From Alphaproteobacteria bacterium (GTDB lineage Bacteria > Pseudomonadota > Alphaproteobacteria > RF32 > CAG-239): DNA of 52,344 nucleotides. Positions within the stretch are counted from its first letter, which is position 1. Each line of letters opens with the position of its first letter. Shown in pieces: positions 1 through 9,305 of the stretch. The stretch is taken from assembly GCA_017475525.1 (NCBI GenBank), contig JAFVFH010000036.1:1-52344 (forward strand), in the 5' to 3' direction. A program made the translations under genes and the position numbers. The notes under the pieces were generated by a model. The model saw only the letters and a program-made list of their open reading frames with translations. It ran no database searches and was not told the DNA's origin.

Positions 1-124
1 CAGGCGACAGCCGAACGCAGCAAATCTTACAAGCCAAGTGACCGAAGAGAGCGTAAGCTCTCAAGAAGAGGTTAGGAGAGGGTGACAACAATAATATCAA
101 TATGAATTTTAAGGAGTTTAACTT

Positions 125-997
125 ATGAAAAAAACAGTTTTGATTTTGAGCTTAATGGTGAGTTTTAATGCCAACGCGTGGGAGCCTTGCGGCACAGATG
201 CCGAGGGCAATACGGCAAACTGCGAATATCAAATTATTGACGGCACATTAACGATTCGCGGTGTCGGTAATAATGGCAATATCGGAAGCTGGTCTAATGA
301 TACAGGAATATTGGCGCCGTGGCGTGGAAAAAATGTCGAGAATGTTGTTATTGAAAACTCAATTAAGGATTTAGGACAAATGGGGTTTGTCTATATAAAA
401 AGCCAAAATCCGATTACTATTCCCAACAGCATAACAACAATTGGCAGTAACGCTTTTTTCGCTGCAGATACTTCGGAAATCATTATTCCTGATAGTGTTA
501 CGGATATTAGTAGTACAGCTTTTAATTGGTCTTCAATCAAAAAAATCGATATTCCGGATTCAGTTAAAATATTAGGTGGGCTTCGAGGGACAAATCTTGT
601 TGATGTTGTTGTTCCGGATTCTGTCGAAAGAATCCGTGATATCGCTTTTTCGTACTGCATAAATCTTCAAAGTTTAACAATAGGTGAAAATACTCAAATA
701 AACCAAATTTTTGATTTTTATGATGAAGAAAGGTCTGAAAATCTTGAAAATCTCAAAATCTATTGCACGGGAGATACAAAAAAATGTGATGCGAATTTAG
801 AAGCGGCAGGTTATGGCGAGCTCAAATCAATCAAGGCGACAACAAAGCAAGTCAACGGGGTGACTTATGTTTATGACAACAAGGGAAAACTTGTGACGAC
901 ATCCGGCAAGCGCAAAGAAAAGCGCATCTACTCAATAGAAGAAGCCTCTCTTGTTTCCAAAAAAACAGGCAATACTTTTAAGTTGAGATACAAATAA
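125..997 (+). CDS. Secreted BspA-type leucine-rich-repeat (LRR_5-like) protein with conserved C-terminal tail
   Basis: AAGGAG RBS precedes the ATG. N-terminal signal peptide (MKKTVLILSLMVSFNANA). CxxxC..DGTLTIRG..APW opening followed by IP(D/N)SVT.I...AF repeats. Ends in KRIYSIEEASLVSKKTGNTFKLRYK, a tail shared with 3 other ORFs here. Confidence 0.8.
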   Translation: MKKTVLILSLMVSFNANAWEPCGTDAEGNTANCEYQIIDGTLTIRGVGNNGNIGSWSNDTGILAPWRGKNVENVVIENSIKDLGQMGFVYIKSQNPITIPNSITTIGSNAFFAADTSEIIIPDSVTDISSTAFNWSSIKKIDIPDSVKILGGLRGTNLVDVVVPDSVERIRDIAFSYCINLQSLTIGENTQINQIFDFYDEERSENLENLKIYCTGDTKKCDANLEAAGYGELKSIKATTKQVNGVTYVYDNKGKLVTTSGKRKEKRIYSIEEASLVSKKTGNTFKLRYK

Positions 998-1110
998 GCT
1001 CTTGTCATCGTTTGAATGATGACTAAAACACAAAGATAGTCTGCATAAAAATGCAAAATATCTTGTGATGACGCTTGATTGATGCTACAAGAAAAAAAAG
1101 AGAAAAATCA

Positions 1111-2184
1111 ATGCGCACATATATTATCAAAAGGCTTTTTTTAATTCCCTTAACACTGCTCGGCATTTTGGCCGTCAATTTTGCCATTATCCAGCTTGCT
1201 CCCGGTGGGCCGGTGGAATATGTGTTGGCAAAATATCAGGGCATGAACACGGACTCAAAAGCGCAGTTCACCTCAACGCCCCAAGCACAAAGCAATTCAA
1301 CAGCTTCAAAATATCAGGGGGCGCAAGGTGTGCCTGAAGATTTGGTGGAAGAATTAAACAAGCAATTCGGGTTTGATAAACCATGGTATGAACGGTTTTG
1401 CAAAATGGTGAAAGATTATGCCACCTTTGATTTTGGCAGAAGCTATTATCAAGATAAAACCGTTTTAGAGCTGATTGCCGAGCGTATGCCTGTTTCTGTT
1501 TCGCTCGGGCTTTGGTCAACGCTCATTATCTACTTGATTGCGATTCCTTTGGGTATTAAAAAAGCGCTTTATGACGGCACGAAGTTTGATGTTTCAACAA
1601 CTGTTGCCGTGATTATCGGCTCAGCCATCCCTGTTTTTCTGTTTGCCGTGTTTTTGATTGTGTTTTTGGCAGGTGGCACATATTTGCAATGGTTTCCGCT
1701 TCGGGGGTTGACCTTTGATAATTTTGAAACGCTTTCATTGATGGGCAAAATCAAAGACTATTTTTGGCATATCGCGTTGCCTGTCGTTTCAATTGTCATT
1801 GGCGGGTTTGCTTCGCTTACCATGCTCACCAAAAACTCATTTTTAGACGAGCTTGGAAAGCAATATATTTTAACGGCGCGCGCCAAAGGCTTGTCTGAAA
1901 AAGACATTTTGTATAAACATGTTTTCAGAAATGCCATGCTGATTATTATCGCAGGTTTTCCGTCACTTTTAATCAAAATGTTGTTCACGGGTTCTGTTTT
2001 GATTGAAGTCGTGTTTTCATTAAACGGGCTCGGCCTCTTGGGTTATGAGGCAATTATGACGCGCGATTATCCCGTTATTTTCGGCACACTTTATATTTTT
2101 GCACTTTTGGGACTTGTTTTAAAGCTGATAAGCGACCTGACTTATTCGCTTGTCGACCCACGAATCAATTTTGATAAGATATAA
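1111..2184 (+). CDS. yejB: Oligopeptide/microcin C ABC transporter permease YejB
   Basis: Collinear, high similarity (recalled from memory) to E. coli YejB: IQLAPGGPVE, FGFDKPWYERF, WHI(A/T)LPV, LTMLTKNSFLDE, TARAKG(L/V)SEK, VDPRI(N/D)F. Start moved to ATG 1111 (MRTYIIKRLF); the 1075 start in the ORF track is TTG. Confidence 0.85.
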   Translation: MRTYIIKRLFLIPLTLLGILAVNFAIIQLAPGGPVEYVLAKYQGMNTDSKAQFTSTPQAQSNSTASKYQGAQGVPEDLVEELNKQFGFDKPWYERFCKMVKDYATFDFGRSYYQDKTVLELIAERMPVSVSLGLWSTLIIYLIAIPLGIKKALYDGTKFDVSTTVAVIIGSAIPVFLFAVFLIVFLAGGTYLQWFPLRGLTFDNFETLSLMGKIKDYFWHIALPVVSIVIGGFASLTMLTKNSFLDELGKQYILTARAKGLSEKDILYKHVFRNAMLIIIAGFPSLLIKMLFTGSVLIEVVFSLNGLGLLGYEAIMTRDYPVIFGTLYIFALLGLVLKLISDLTYSLVDPRINFDKI

Positions 2185-2514
2185 AAATTCTTCTTTACTT
2201 TTCTTGAAATATCTGCCATAATAAAAGCAGATATGAGTTGTGCTCATATTGAGCGTCTTGATAGGCGCGGGGCTGTCGAAAGCTCTTGACCATGTGCGGC
2301 GTAAGGATAACACCGCAAAATGTGCTATTCTTTTTTCTTTTTAAAAAGGTGGTGCATTATCCCCGATGAAACGGTCGGGGAGCTGGTGGCGGATGTTCAA
2401 GATATTTTATCTAAAGGCCATCAGAGTCATTTCACATGGTATGATTTTCGAACTTCCCGTCCGCTCTATTAAGAGCGGCTTCTTGTTATTTAATGATTTT
2501 TAGGAGAGAAAATT

Positions 2515-4197
2515 ATGCAAAAAAAATTTTTTATACTGCCTTTGTTTGCTGCTTTTTTACTATCATCTAATGCAAAAGCGCTTGATTGTCCTTCAGGAAC
2601 AGTGGAAGGCACGAGTTGTTGGGCTGTATATGGAAGCGCACAGGCTGCGTATTTGATTAATGGTGTTTTGACCATACCTACGAATAGTTCTTATGCTAGC
2701 GCATCAAGCACACCATGGTATGGTTCTCGAAGTAAAATTACAAGCGTTGTCGTGACAGGCGGTGGTGGCATCGGAGCTTATGCTCTTGGCGGTTTATCAA
2801 AGGTAACAAGCGTGACATTTACCGGAAATACGTCCGGTTACATTTCTAAAAATGCTTTGAATGGTGCAACGTCATTAAAGACGTTGGTAATTCCAAAGGG
2901 AATGATGATTGAAAACGGAACTTTTACAGGATCCGGTGTGACAACGGTTGTTGCAGATAGGGATGCGGGGTTTGCATCAAAATCTTTTACAGGTCTTTCT
3001 TCAAGCGCCGTTTTGTATTGCGAAAGCGGTACAACCTGTTCAAGTGATGCTAAAAAAACAGGTTTTACCGGAACCGTCCGAAGTTATAATATCGACGCTA
3101 ATGGGGTGTATAGCTATAATGGTAAATATTTTGCTTCGGCGGATAATATGGGAAAAAATAATACATCGGGTTGTAGCACTTTGAGTGCCTGCACAACAAC
3201 AGTTAAAAACAACGAAATTGCCAAAATGGTATCCGAAGGAAAATATTGCAACTCAACAAGCACATGTTCGGCTTTATGGGATATGAAATCAAACGGTTAT
3301 TGTAGCGATTATACGGCGTGCAAAAAACTTTCGGATATGAAAAATGACGGCTATTGCACGGATTACAGCGATTGCAAAACGTTAGTCGATATGGCAAATG
3401 CAAAAACGTATTGCAAAACTATAGATACCTGTAAGGCATTGGTTGATATGAAAGCAAACGGTGATTGTGCAGACTATGCCAAATGTGTGAGTTTGCAACA
3501 AATGCAAACAGCCGGATGTGAGGCCGGAACGTATGATGCTTGCCTGAGCTTGTCACAAATGGAAGGTTGTGAGGGCTATACCGAATGTGCAAGCTTGCAA
3601 CAAATGCAAACAGCCGGATGCGAAGCCGGAACATATGAGGCTTGCTTGAGCTTGTCACAAATGGAAGGTTGTGAGGGCTATACCGAATGTGCAAGCTTGC
3701 AACAAATGCAAACAGCCGGATGCGAAGCCGGAACATATGAGGCTTGCTTGAACTTGTCACAAATGGAAGGTTGCTCGGGCTATGCCGAATGTGCCAGCTT
3801 GCAACAAATGCAAACAGCCGGATGTGAGGCCGGAACGTATGAGGTTTGTTTGAAGTTGTCACAAATGCAGACAAATGGCTATTGCGAAGATTACATTTCT
3901 TGTCAAGCTTTGCAGAATATGGCAGATACGAGCGATTTGTGTTCAACGCCGGAAAGTTGTAAAGAACTGATTGATATGTCAAGCGGAACTTTGTGCAACA
4001 CGCTTGAGAGTTGTCATGAGCTTGTGACAATGGCTAATGCTGGCGAAGTATGTTCAACAGCAGAGGAATGTAAAGCGTATCTTCACCAAAAAGCTGAAGA
4101 AGAACGTGCGTCAAAAATCAAGCGTATCTATACTATTGAAGAGGCAACGCGTCTTTCTAAAGAAACCGGCAACAAATTTAAATTAAGATATAAATAA
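2515..4197 (+). CDS. Secreted protein: N-terminal BspA-like LRR region, ~16-unit Cys-rich repeat array, and conserved C-terminal tail
   Basis: AGGAG RBS and signal peptide (LLSSNAKA). About 16 units of C-x5-6-C-x2-L-x2-M-x3-5. Ends in KRIYTIEEATRLSKETGNKFKLRYK. Confidence 0.8.
   Translation: MQKKFFILPLFAAFLLSSNAKALDCPSGTVEGTSCWAVYGSAQAAYLINGVLTIPTNSSYASASSTPWYGSRSKITSVVVTGGGGIGAYALGGLSKVTSVTFTGNTSGYISKNALNGATSLKTLVIPKGMMIENGTFTGSGVTTVVADRDAGFASKSFTGLSSSAVLYCESGTTCSSDAKKTGFTGTVRSYNIDANGVYSYNGKYFASADNMGKNNTSGCSTLSACTTTVKNNEIAKMVSEGKYCNSTSTCSALWDMKSNGYCSDYTACKKLSDMKNDGYCTDYSDCKTLVDMANAKTYCKTIDTCKALVDMKANGDCADYAKCVSLQQMQTAGCEAGTYDACLSLSQMEGCEGYTECASLQQMQTAGCEAGTYEACLSLSQMEGCEGYTECASLQQMQTAGCEAGTYEACLNLSQMEGCSGYAECASLQQMQTAGCEAGTYEVCLKLSQMQTNGYCEDYISCQALQNMADTSDLCSTPESCKELIDMSSGTLCNTLESCHELVTMANAGEVCSTAEECKAYLHQKAEEERASKIKRIYTIEEATRLSKETGNKFKLRYK
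3484..3865 (+). repeat. In-frame tandem repeat, 102-bp period, ~3.7 copies, inside CDS 2515..4197
   Basis: Copies start at 3484, 3586, 3688 and 3790. Each encodes the 34-aa unit CASLQQMQTAGCEAGTYEACLSLSQMEGCEGYTE. Copies 2 and 3 differ at about 5 of 102 nt by eye. Confidence 0.9.
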
Positions 4198-4206
4198 AAA
4201 TACGCT

Positions 4207-4239
4207 AAAAAAACCGTCGGTTCAATCCGACGGTTTTTT
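4207..4239. terminator. Bidirectional rho-independent terminator between convergent genes
   Basis: A7-CCGTCGG-ttcaat-CCGACGG-T6. Confidence 0.8.
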
Positions 4240-4252
4240 AATGAGAAGTATC

Positions 4253-5221
4253 TTAAAGCCGTTCGATTTCGCGGGCGGCGTCAATCGCGGCGTTTAAGGA
4301 GCTGTTCGGTTTGAAGTTGATATAGCGCATATCAAGCGGAGCGGCATAGCGGTTTTCATAAAGCGCATGAATAAAACGATAATGTTTCTTTGTGAGCCAG
4401 CTTTTGCCTTCAAACACAAAAACGGGTTTGCTTGTGCCGCAAGCCTCGGAGGTCATCGAAACGGAATCGCCCGTCACAATAATGTTATCGGCACAGGCAA
4501 GATACCCCAAATATGGATTTTCGTTTTTATCGCCCCACAAAAATGTGTGTGCGGGAATATCCTTTAAGGCTTCCATAATGAGCTTTTGTGCATTTTCGCC
4601 GGTGCGGCGTGAAGTTGTAATCAGGATTGAACCACCGATTTTTTTCTTGAAATCTAAAATTTTATCTGCAAGCCCCTTGGCGTTTTCAAGTGTAAACGGG
4701 CGGTCTTTAATCGCACCGCCGACAATAACCGCCGTTAAAGGCTTGGGTAAATCTTTGAAAGTTTCAGCCCATTTGGCTTCAGCCTCGTCTAAAACCTTCG
4801 GTGTCACACGGTGCGGTGCCCCGATTAAATAGCGAAAACTCTTGCGAAATGGTTTGTCTTTATCATGCTCGGGCAACAAAACAAGCGAAAACTCATCCAG
4901 CCCCGTTTCACCGGGGTGCATAATTTGAATAAGTTGCGTTTGAGGATTTTCCTTTTTGATATAGCGTGCAACGGGAACAGTCCGCCGACTGATGGATAAA
5001 ACCATATTCGGCCATGGTGCCTTAAAGAGTTTTTTCGAATCTTGCGTCAGACCCATGAGCGTTCTGCCTCTGACAAAATTCGGGAGACCTGAAAGTTTTG
5101 TATATTCGATTTTTTTCTCAATGATATCGAAATGGTTGTCATTAAGCTGCTGAATAATACCGCGTGCCTGCCCGACGCTTCCCATACGATTATCAATCAA
5201 TACCCATAAAACTTTTTTCAT
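4253..5221 (-). CDS. ELM1/DUF1022-family protein (GT-B-like fold, function unknown)
   Basis: Family-typical motifs recalled from memory: VLWVLIDNRMGSVGQARG, VIVGGAIK, ITTSRRT, NPYLGYLACADNIIVTGDSVSMTSEA, KPVFVF. Confidence 0.55.
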   Translation of the reverse strand: MKKVLWVLIDNRMGSVGQARGIIQQLNDNHFDIIEKKIEYTKLSGLPNFVRGRTLMGLTQDSKKLFKAPWPNMVLSISRRTVPVARYIKKENPQTQLIQIMHPGETGLDEFSLVLLPEHDKDKPFRKSFRYLIGAPHRVTPKVLDEAEAKWAETFKDLPKPLTAVIVGGAIKDRPFTLENAKGLADKILDFKKKIGGSILITTSRRTGENAQKLIMEALKDIPAHTFLWGDKNENPYLGYLACADNIIVTGDSVSMTSEACGTSKPVFVFEGKSWLTKKHYRFIHALYENRYAAPLDMRYINFKPNSSLNAAIDAAREIERL

Positions 5222-5304
5222 ATAAAATCTCCTGTTACAAAATATATTGTAGTCTATGACAAAGTTTTGAAATATGCAAGATTTTTTTTCAAATCAAAAG
5301 GCGT

Positions 5305-6561
5305 TTAATACAGGGCGGCAACTTCAGGATCGTTGAAATATTTATCAATGGCGTTGGCGGCAGATGTCGCAAGCTTTTTGCGGTAGCTTGATTGTTTGAG
5401 CAAGCTTTCTTCCTGTTTGTTTGACAGATACCCCATTTCCAAAAGGGCAGACGGAATATCCGGTGCTTTTAACACGGCAAAACCTGCAAAACGATGAGTG
5501 TTATCAACGATTTTGACGGATTTTTTCATTTCACCCACAACATATCCGGCAAATTTTGAAGATTTATTGCGACAGTCCGTTTGTGAAAGTGAAATCAAAA
5601 TATCATTGATTTCTTTGGAGTTTTCGGAAAAATCGACACCGCCGATGATATCCACTTTGTTTTCGCGTTCAGCCAAAGCGGCGGCCTCTTTATCGGAAGC
5701 TTTTTCCGAAAGCGTATAAACGGACAAACCTTTGGCGTTGCGATTTGTCGCACTGTCGGCGTGGAGCGACATAAACAAATCTGCCTTATATTTTTGCGCA
5801 ATTTTAACACGCTGGCGAAGCGGAATAAAAATGTCGGTCGAACGTGTTAAATAAACCTTATAACCTTTTTTCTCCAAAAGAGTTTTCAATTCTTTGCCCA
5901 TGGCCAGAGTGATGTTTTTTTCATAGGTCTTACCGTAAGCGCCGATGGCTCCCGGATCTTTTCCGCCATGCCCCGGATCCAAAACAACGATTTTTTGCTT
6001 GGCTTTCGGCTTAGCCGTTTTGTCAGATGAAAACCAACCGCTTGAGCTTTTTGCTTTTGACGCAACTTTTGATGACGTGTTTTGCGCACCGCTTGAAAGG
6101 GCATATTTTGTGCCGACCTTAGCCTTAAAATCGCGCTCGGAAGCGGCCACCAAATCAACCACAAATCGCCAACCGTTGTTTTTGGTTGGTTCAAGCATAA
6201 ACGCTTGCTTGATTAAAACAGGTTTTTGCAAATCAAACACAATGCGCTTATCTGTTTTGTTCAGTTCGCCGACTCGCGTTGAAGAAATCAGGCTGTTTTT
6301 GTCATTCTGTAAAGTTTTTTTGATGTCCGTATCTAAAGTGTCAACAACGAGTCTTTTGGGTGTGTTTAGCAAAAACACCTGCCAATCAAACCTTTCATCT
6401 GCGTCAAAAACAATGCGCACACTGCTGACTTGTTGACCGATTCGCATATTTTTGATTGTTGCGGCAGAAACATTTGAGCAAACAAACAAAAATGCAAATA
6501 CGAGCCACAATGCACCTATATTTTTTGCAAAATTTTGATATATTTTTTTCATGCCATACAT
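5305..6561 (-). CDS. N-acetylmuramoyl-L-alanine amidase, AmiC-like (AMIN domain + Amidase_3)
   Basis: Signal peptide. AMIN-like N-terminus (IKNMRIGQQVSSVRIVFD...LLNTPKRLVVD). Amidase_3 motifs VVLDPGHGGKDPGA and DLFMSLHADS. Met4 at 6552 is an alternative start. Confidence 0.8.
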   Translation of the reverse strand: MYGMKKIYQNFAKNIGALWLVFAFLFVCSNVSAATIKNMRIGQQVSSVRIVFDADERFDWQVFLLNTPKRLVVDTLDTDIKKTLQNDKNSLISSTRVGELNKTDKRIVFDLQKPVLIKQAFMLEPTKNNGWRFVVDLVAASERDFKAKVGTKYALSSGAQNTSSKVASKAKSSSGWFSSDKTAKPKAKQKIVVLDPGHGGKDPGAIGAYGKTYEKNITLAMGKELKTLLEKKGYKVYLTRSTDIFIPLRQRVKIAQKYKADLFMSLHADSATNRNAKGLSVYTLSEKASDKEAAALAERENKVDIIGGVDFSENSKEINDILISLSQTDCRNKSSKFAGYVVGEMKKSVKIVDNTHRFAGFAVLKAPDIPSALLEMGYLSNKQEESLLKQSSYRKKLATSAANAIDKYFNDPEVAALY

Positions 6562-6659
6562 TTTAGAGAAAGAGTTATTACCAATTGTTTAAAAAAAATA
6601 TGAAACAAATAAAATTTTCTTGTTGTAATTTTAAAACAAAGTCTATATTGTATCAAAAG

Positions 6660-6707
6660 TTGACCGTATATACGCACGGAAGATTTTGCATAAGATGCGT
6701 GGGTCAA
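6660..6707 (+). promoter_or_regulatory. Extended hairpin in the long rne 5' leader
   Basis: TTGACC..ACGCA..(loop)..TGCGT.GGTCAA lies inside the 353-nt intergenic region upstream of rne. A possible promoter, TTGTTG-18-TATATT, lies just upstream. Confidence 0.35.
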
Positions 6708-6914
6708 TGGTAGAATGCAGAGTTTTGTTTTTTTTTAAAATCGCCAAAGCAATGAAGAAAGATAAAGTGCGGTTTTTTGAAAAAAAATAATAGAGAGCGC
6801 AAAGCACGCTTGAAACAAAAAAAAAGGCAAAAAGCCTTTTGTGTAGTTTGAAATATCTTTGTTTACAAATCTCTGTATTCGTGGTGTAAACTGATTTTGA
6901 TACAGGATAATGTG

Positions 6915-9305
6915 ATGACAAAGAAAATGCTGATTGATGCCACCCAAAAAGAAGAAACACGTGTGGTCATCGTTGATGGAAACAAAGTTGAAGATGTTGA
7001 GTTTGAATCAACTTCCCGCAAACAAATTAAAGGCAATATATATACGGCACGAGTTATTCGTGTTGAGCCCTCATTGCAGGCCGCGTTTATCGACTACGGG
7101 GGAAATAAACACGGTTTTTTGGCTTTTAGCGAAATTCATCCGGACTACTATCATGTTTCTAATGAAGTTTTAGAAGCTTTAGATAAAGAAGTTGATGAAA
7201 TCATTGAAAATAAAAAACAATATATCCGCGAGCGTCAGGAAACGCGTGCGCGTATCAGAGCCGAGAAAAAGGCTTTGTATGAAGCGCGTAAGGCAGAAGA
7301 AGAACGCTTAAAAGCTGAAAAGGAAGAACAAAAAGAGCAGGAAACGCCGCAAGAGCAAGAAGCCTTTGAGGAACAAGGGGCAGATAATGCAACTGAGCAA
7401 GCCGCAAATACGGTCATCTTGGGCGATGAGGCTCTCGAGTCTTCAACAATAAAAGAAAATACCGATTCGGCAAATGCTGAAGAAGTGACAACGGAGCCTG
7501 CTGAAAACACTCAAGAAGAAAAACCGACTCGTGGCAAAAGAAAATACAGCCGTCGCACACAAAAAAAGAGAGCAGCAAAAGAAAGTGAAACATCGGAGGT
7601 TTCTGAGCTCAAAGTGTCGTCGGCAGATACCATAGATGAAGATGACCGTATCGATGAAGACATTGACTCCTCATCTGATTTGGATGTTGATAATGATGAT
7701 GAAGTTGATGTGCCTGATAATGTGGCAGAAGATGAATTTGAATATAGTTTTGAAGTTCAGCGCAAACTCATTCGTGCACGCAAACTGTATCATAATTCAG
7801 CTATTCAAGATGTGATTAAAGAAGGGCAGATTTTGCTTGTGCAGGTTGTCAAAGAAGAACGTGGCAACAAAGGTGCTTCGTTCACAACGTATCTTTCACT
7901 TGCAGGGCGCTATGGTGTGTTAATGCCGAACCGCATCAAATCCGGCGGTGTTTCGCGCAAAATTACCAATGCGGCAGACAGAAAGCGTTTGAAAGACATC
8001 ATCAGAGATTTGCCGCTTTCAATGGATATGTCGCTGATTATCCGCACGGCGGGTGAAGACAAAACAGAAGATGAAATTGTGCGCGATTATAACTATTTGA
8101 TCAGAACATGGAATTTGATTCGCACAAGTGCGTTGCAAAACAAGGCGCCTGCGCTGATTTATGAAGAAGGAGATTTGATCAAGCGTGCGCTTCGTGATAT
8201 GTGTTCAAATGATATTTCTGAAATTATTGTCGATGGTGATACGGCATATAAAGCCGCACGTGAGTTTGTCAAGATTTTATCACCGCAAGAGGTTAGAAAA
8301 ATCAGATGTCGCAAACCGTATGAACCGCCTGTTTTTCAGCGCTATCAGGTTGAAGCACAGCTTGATAAATTGCATAGCCCGACTGTTCAGCTCGAATCCG
8401 GCGGCTATTTGGTGATTAACCCGACAGAAGCTTTGGTCGCGATTGATGTGAACTCCGGTCGCGCCACAAAAGAGCTTGATATTGAAGAAACCGCCTTAAA
8501 AACAAACTTGGAAGCTGCTGATGAAATTGCTCGTCAGCTCAAAATGCGTGATTTGGCAGGGCTTATTGTTGTTGACTTTATTGATATGGAAGAAAACAAA
8601 AACAATATTGCGGTTGAAAAACGCATGAAAGAAGCTTTGAAAACAGATCGTGCACGTGTTCAAATTGCAAGAATGAGTTGCTTCGGTTTGCTCGAAATTT
8701 CGCGTCAGCGTATGCATTCCTCGTTTGTCGAAAGTAACTATGAAACATGTCCGTATTGCCACGGGCACGGTGTTATGCGCACAATAGAATCAGGTGCGGC
8801 ATTGATTTTGCGTGCGATAGAAGAAGAAGGTGTGAAAAACAGATTTTCAAGTCTGACCGTTTTTGTGCCGACAGATACAGCGATATATCTCTTAAATCAA
8901 AAACGCAAGAGTTTGGCAGAACTTGAAGAACGTTATCATATGTCTGTGATTATTTCGGCCGATGGCGACATTAAAAATGTGTCGGATTATAAAATCGAGC
9001 GTCAACGTCTGTCAAAAAACCAAGAAAATCAGGTTGAAACTGCACCTGCCACAACTTATGCAGATGCTGTGGCGGAAGATGAGCTTCAAATAGAGGAATA
9101 TGCACAAGAAACAGAGAATGAGGACAACTCGAATTATCGCAACAACAGGCGTTATAATCGTCGTAAAGGGCGCTTTAATAAGCGCTATAACAATAAACAA
9201 AATGAGAAAAAGGAAGCACCGAAAATTTTGTACAGCTCCGATAACATCAACTTAAACCAAGACGATAAAAAGAAAACGACATGGTGGCGCAGATTAATCG
9301 GCTAA
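6915..9305 (+). CDS. rne: Ribonuclease E
   Basis: N-terminus MTKKMLIDATQKEETRVVIVDG with S1 domain. Catalytic core motifs (LVAIDVNSG, DFIDM) and a CPxCxGxG Zn-link. Acidic/basic low-complexity insert and tail. Start moved from TTG 6897 to ATG 6915. Confidence 0.9.
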   Translation: MTKKMLIDATQKEETRVVIVDGNKVEDVEFESTSRKQIKGNIYTARVIRVEPSLQAAFIDYGGNKHGFLAFSEIHPDYYHVSNEVLEALDKEVDEIIENKKQYIRERQETRARIRAEKKALYEARKAEEERLKAEKEEQKEQETPQEQEAFEEQGADNATEQAANTVILGDEALESSTIKENTDSANAEEVTTEPAENTQEEKPTRGKRKYSRRTQKKRAAKESETSEVSELKVSSADTIDEDDRIDEDIDSSSDLDVDNDDEVDVPDNVAEDEFEYSFEVQRKLIRARKLYHNSAIQDVIKEGQILLVQVVKEERGNKGASFTTYLSLAGRYGVLMPNRIKSGGVSRKITNAADRKRLKDIIRDLPLSMDMSLIIRTAGEDKTEDEIVRDYNYLIRTWNLIRTSALQNKAPALIYEEGDLIKRALRDMCSNDISEIIVDGDTAYKAAREFVKILSPQEVRKIRCRKPYEPPVFQRYQVEAQLDKLHSPTVQLESGGYLVINPTEALVAIDVNSGRATKELDIEETALKTNLEAADEIARQLKMRDLAGLIVVDFIDMEENKNNIAVEKRMKEALKTDRARVQIARMSCFGLLEISRQRMHSSFVESNYETCPYCHGHGVMRTIESGAALILRAIEEEGVKNRFSSLTVFVPTDTAIYLLNQKRKSLAELEERYHMSVIISADGDIKNVSDYKIERQRLSKNQENQVETAPATTYADAVAEDELQIEEYAQETENEDNSNYRNNRRYNRRKGRFNKRYNNKQNEKKEAPKILYSSDNINLNQDDKKKTTWWRRLIG

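Noticed and set aside
1075-1110. N-terminal extensions given by the ORF track (also 6897, 11696, 17436, 20437, 25476, 33764, 43092, 46912, 49083, 49939)
   Set aside because: Those whose first codon I checked (1075, 6897, 17436, 20437, 46912, 49939) begin at TTG rather than ATG; 41123 and 44189 are the GTG cases. 11696 and 49083 begin at ATG, and I did not check the first codon of 25476, 33764 and 43092. In every case an in-frame ATG (GTG for livM) downstream has a better Shine-Dalgarno sequence and gives the family-typical N-terminus or signal peptide.
3484-3865. Possible CRISPR-like array (regular repeats)
   Set aside because: The repeats are contiguous with no spacers, have a period of 102 bp, are in frame, and encode a Cys-rich protein unit. 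No cas genes are present.
3419-4030. 203-aa minus-strand ORF with its own internal repeats
   Set aside because: It lies entirely antisense to the 102-bp tandem repeat inside the well-supported CDS 2515..4197. Its open frame and periodicity are by-products of the repeat. It has no RBS or signal features.
6643-6960. 105-aa and 70-aa minus-strand ORFs in the rne upstream region
   Set aside because: They are AT-rich with low-complexity translations, overlap the rne start, and have no RBS. The interval is better explained as the rne promoter and 5' UTR.
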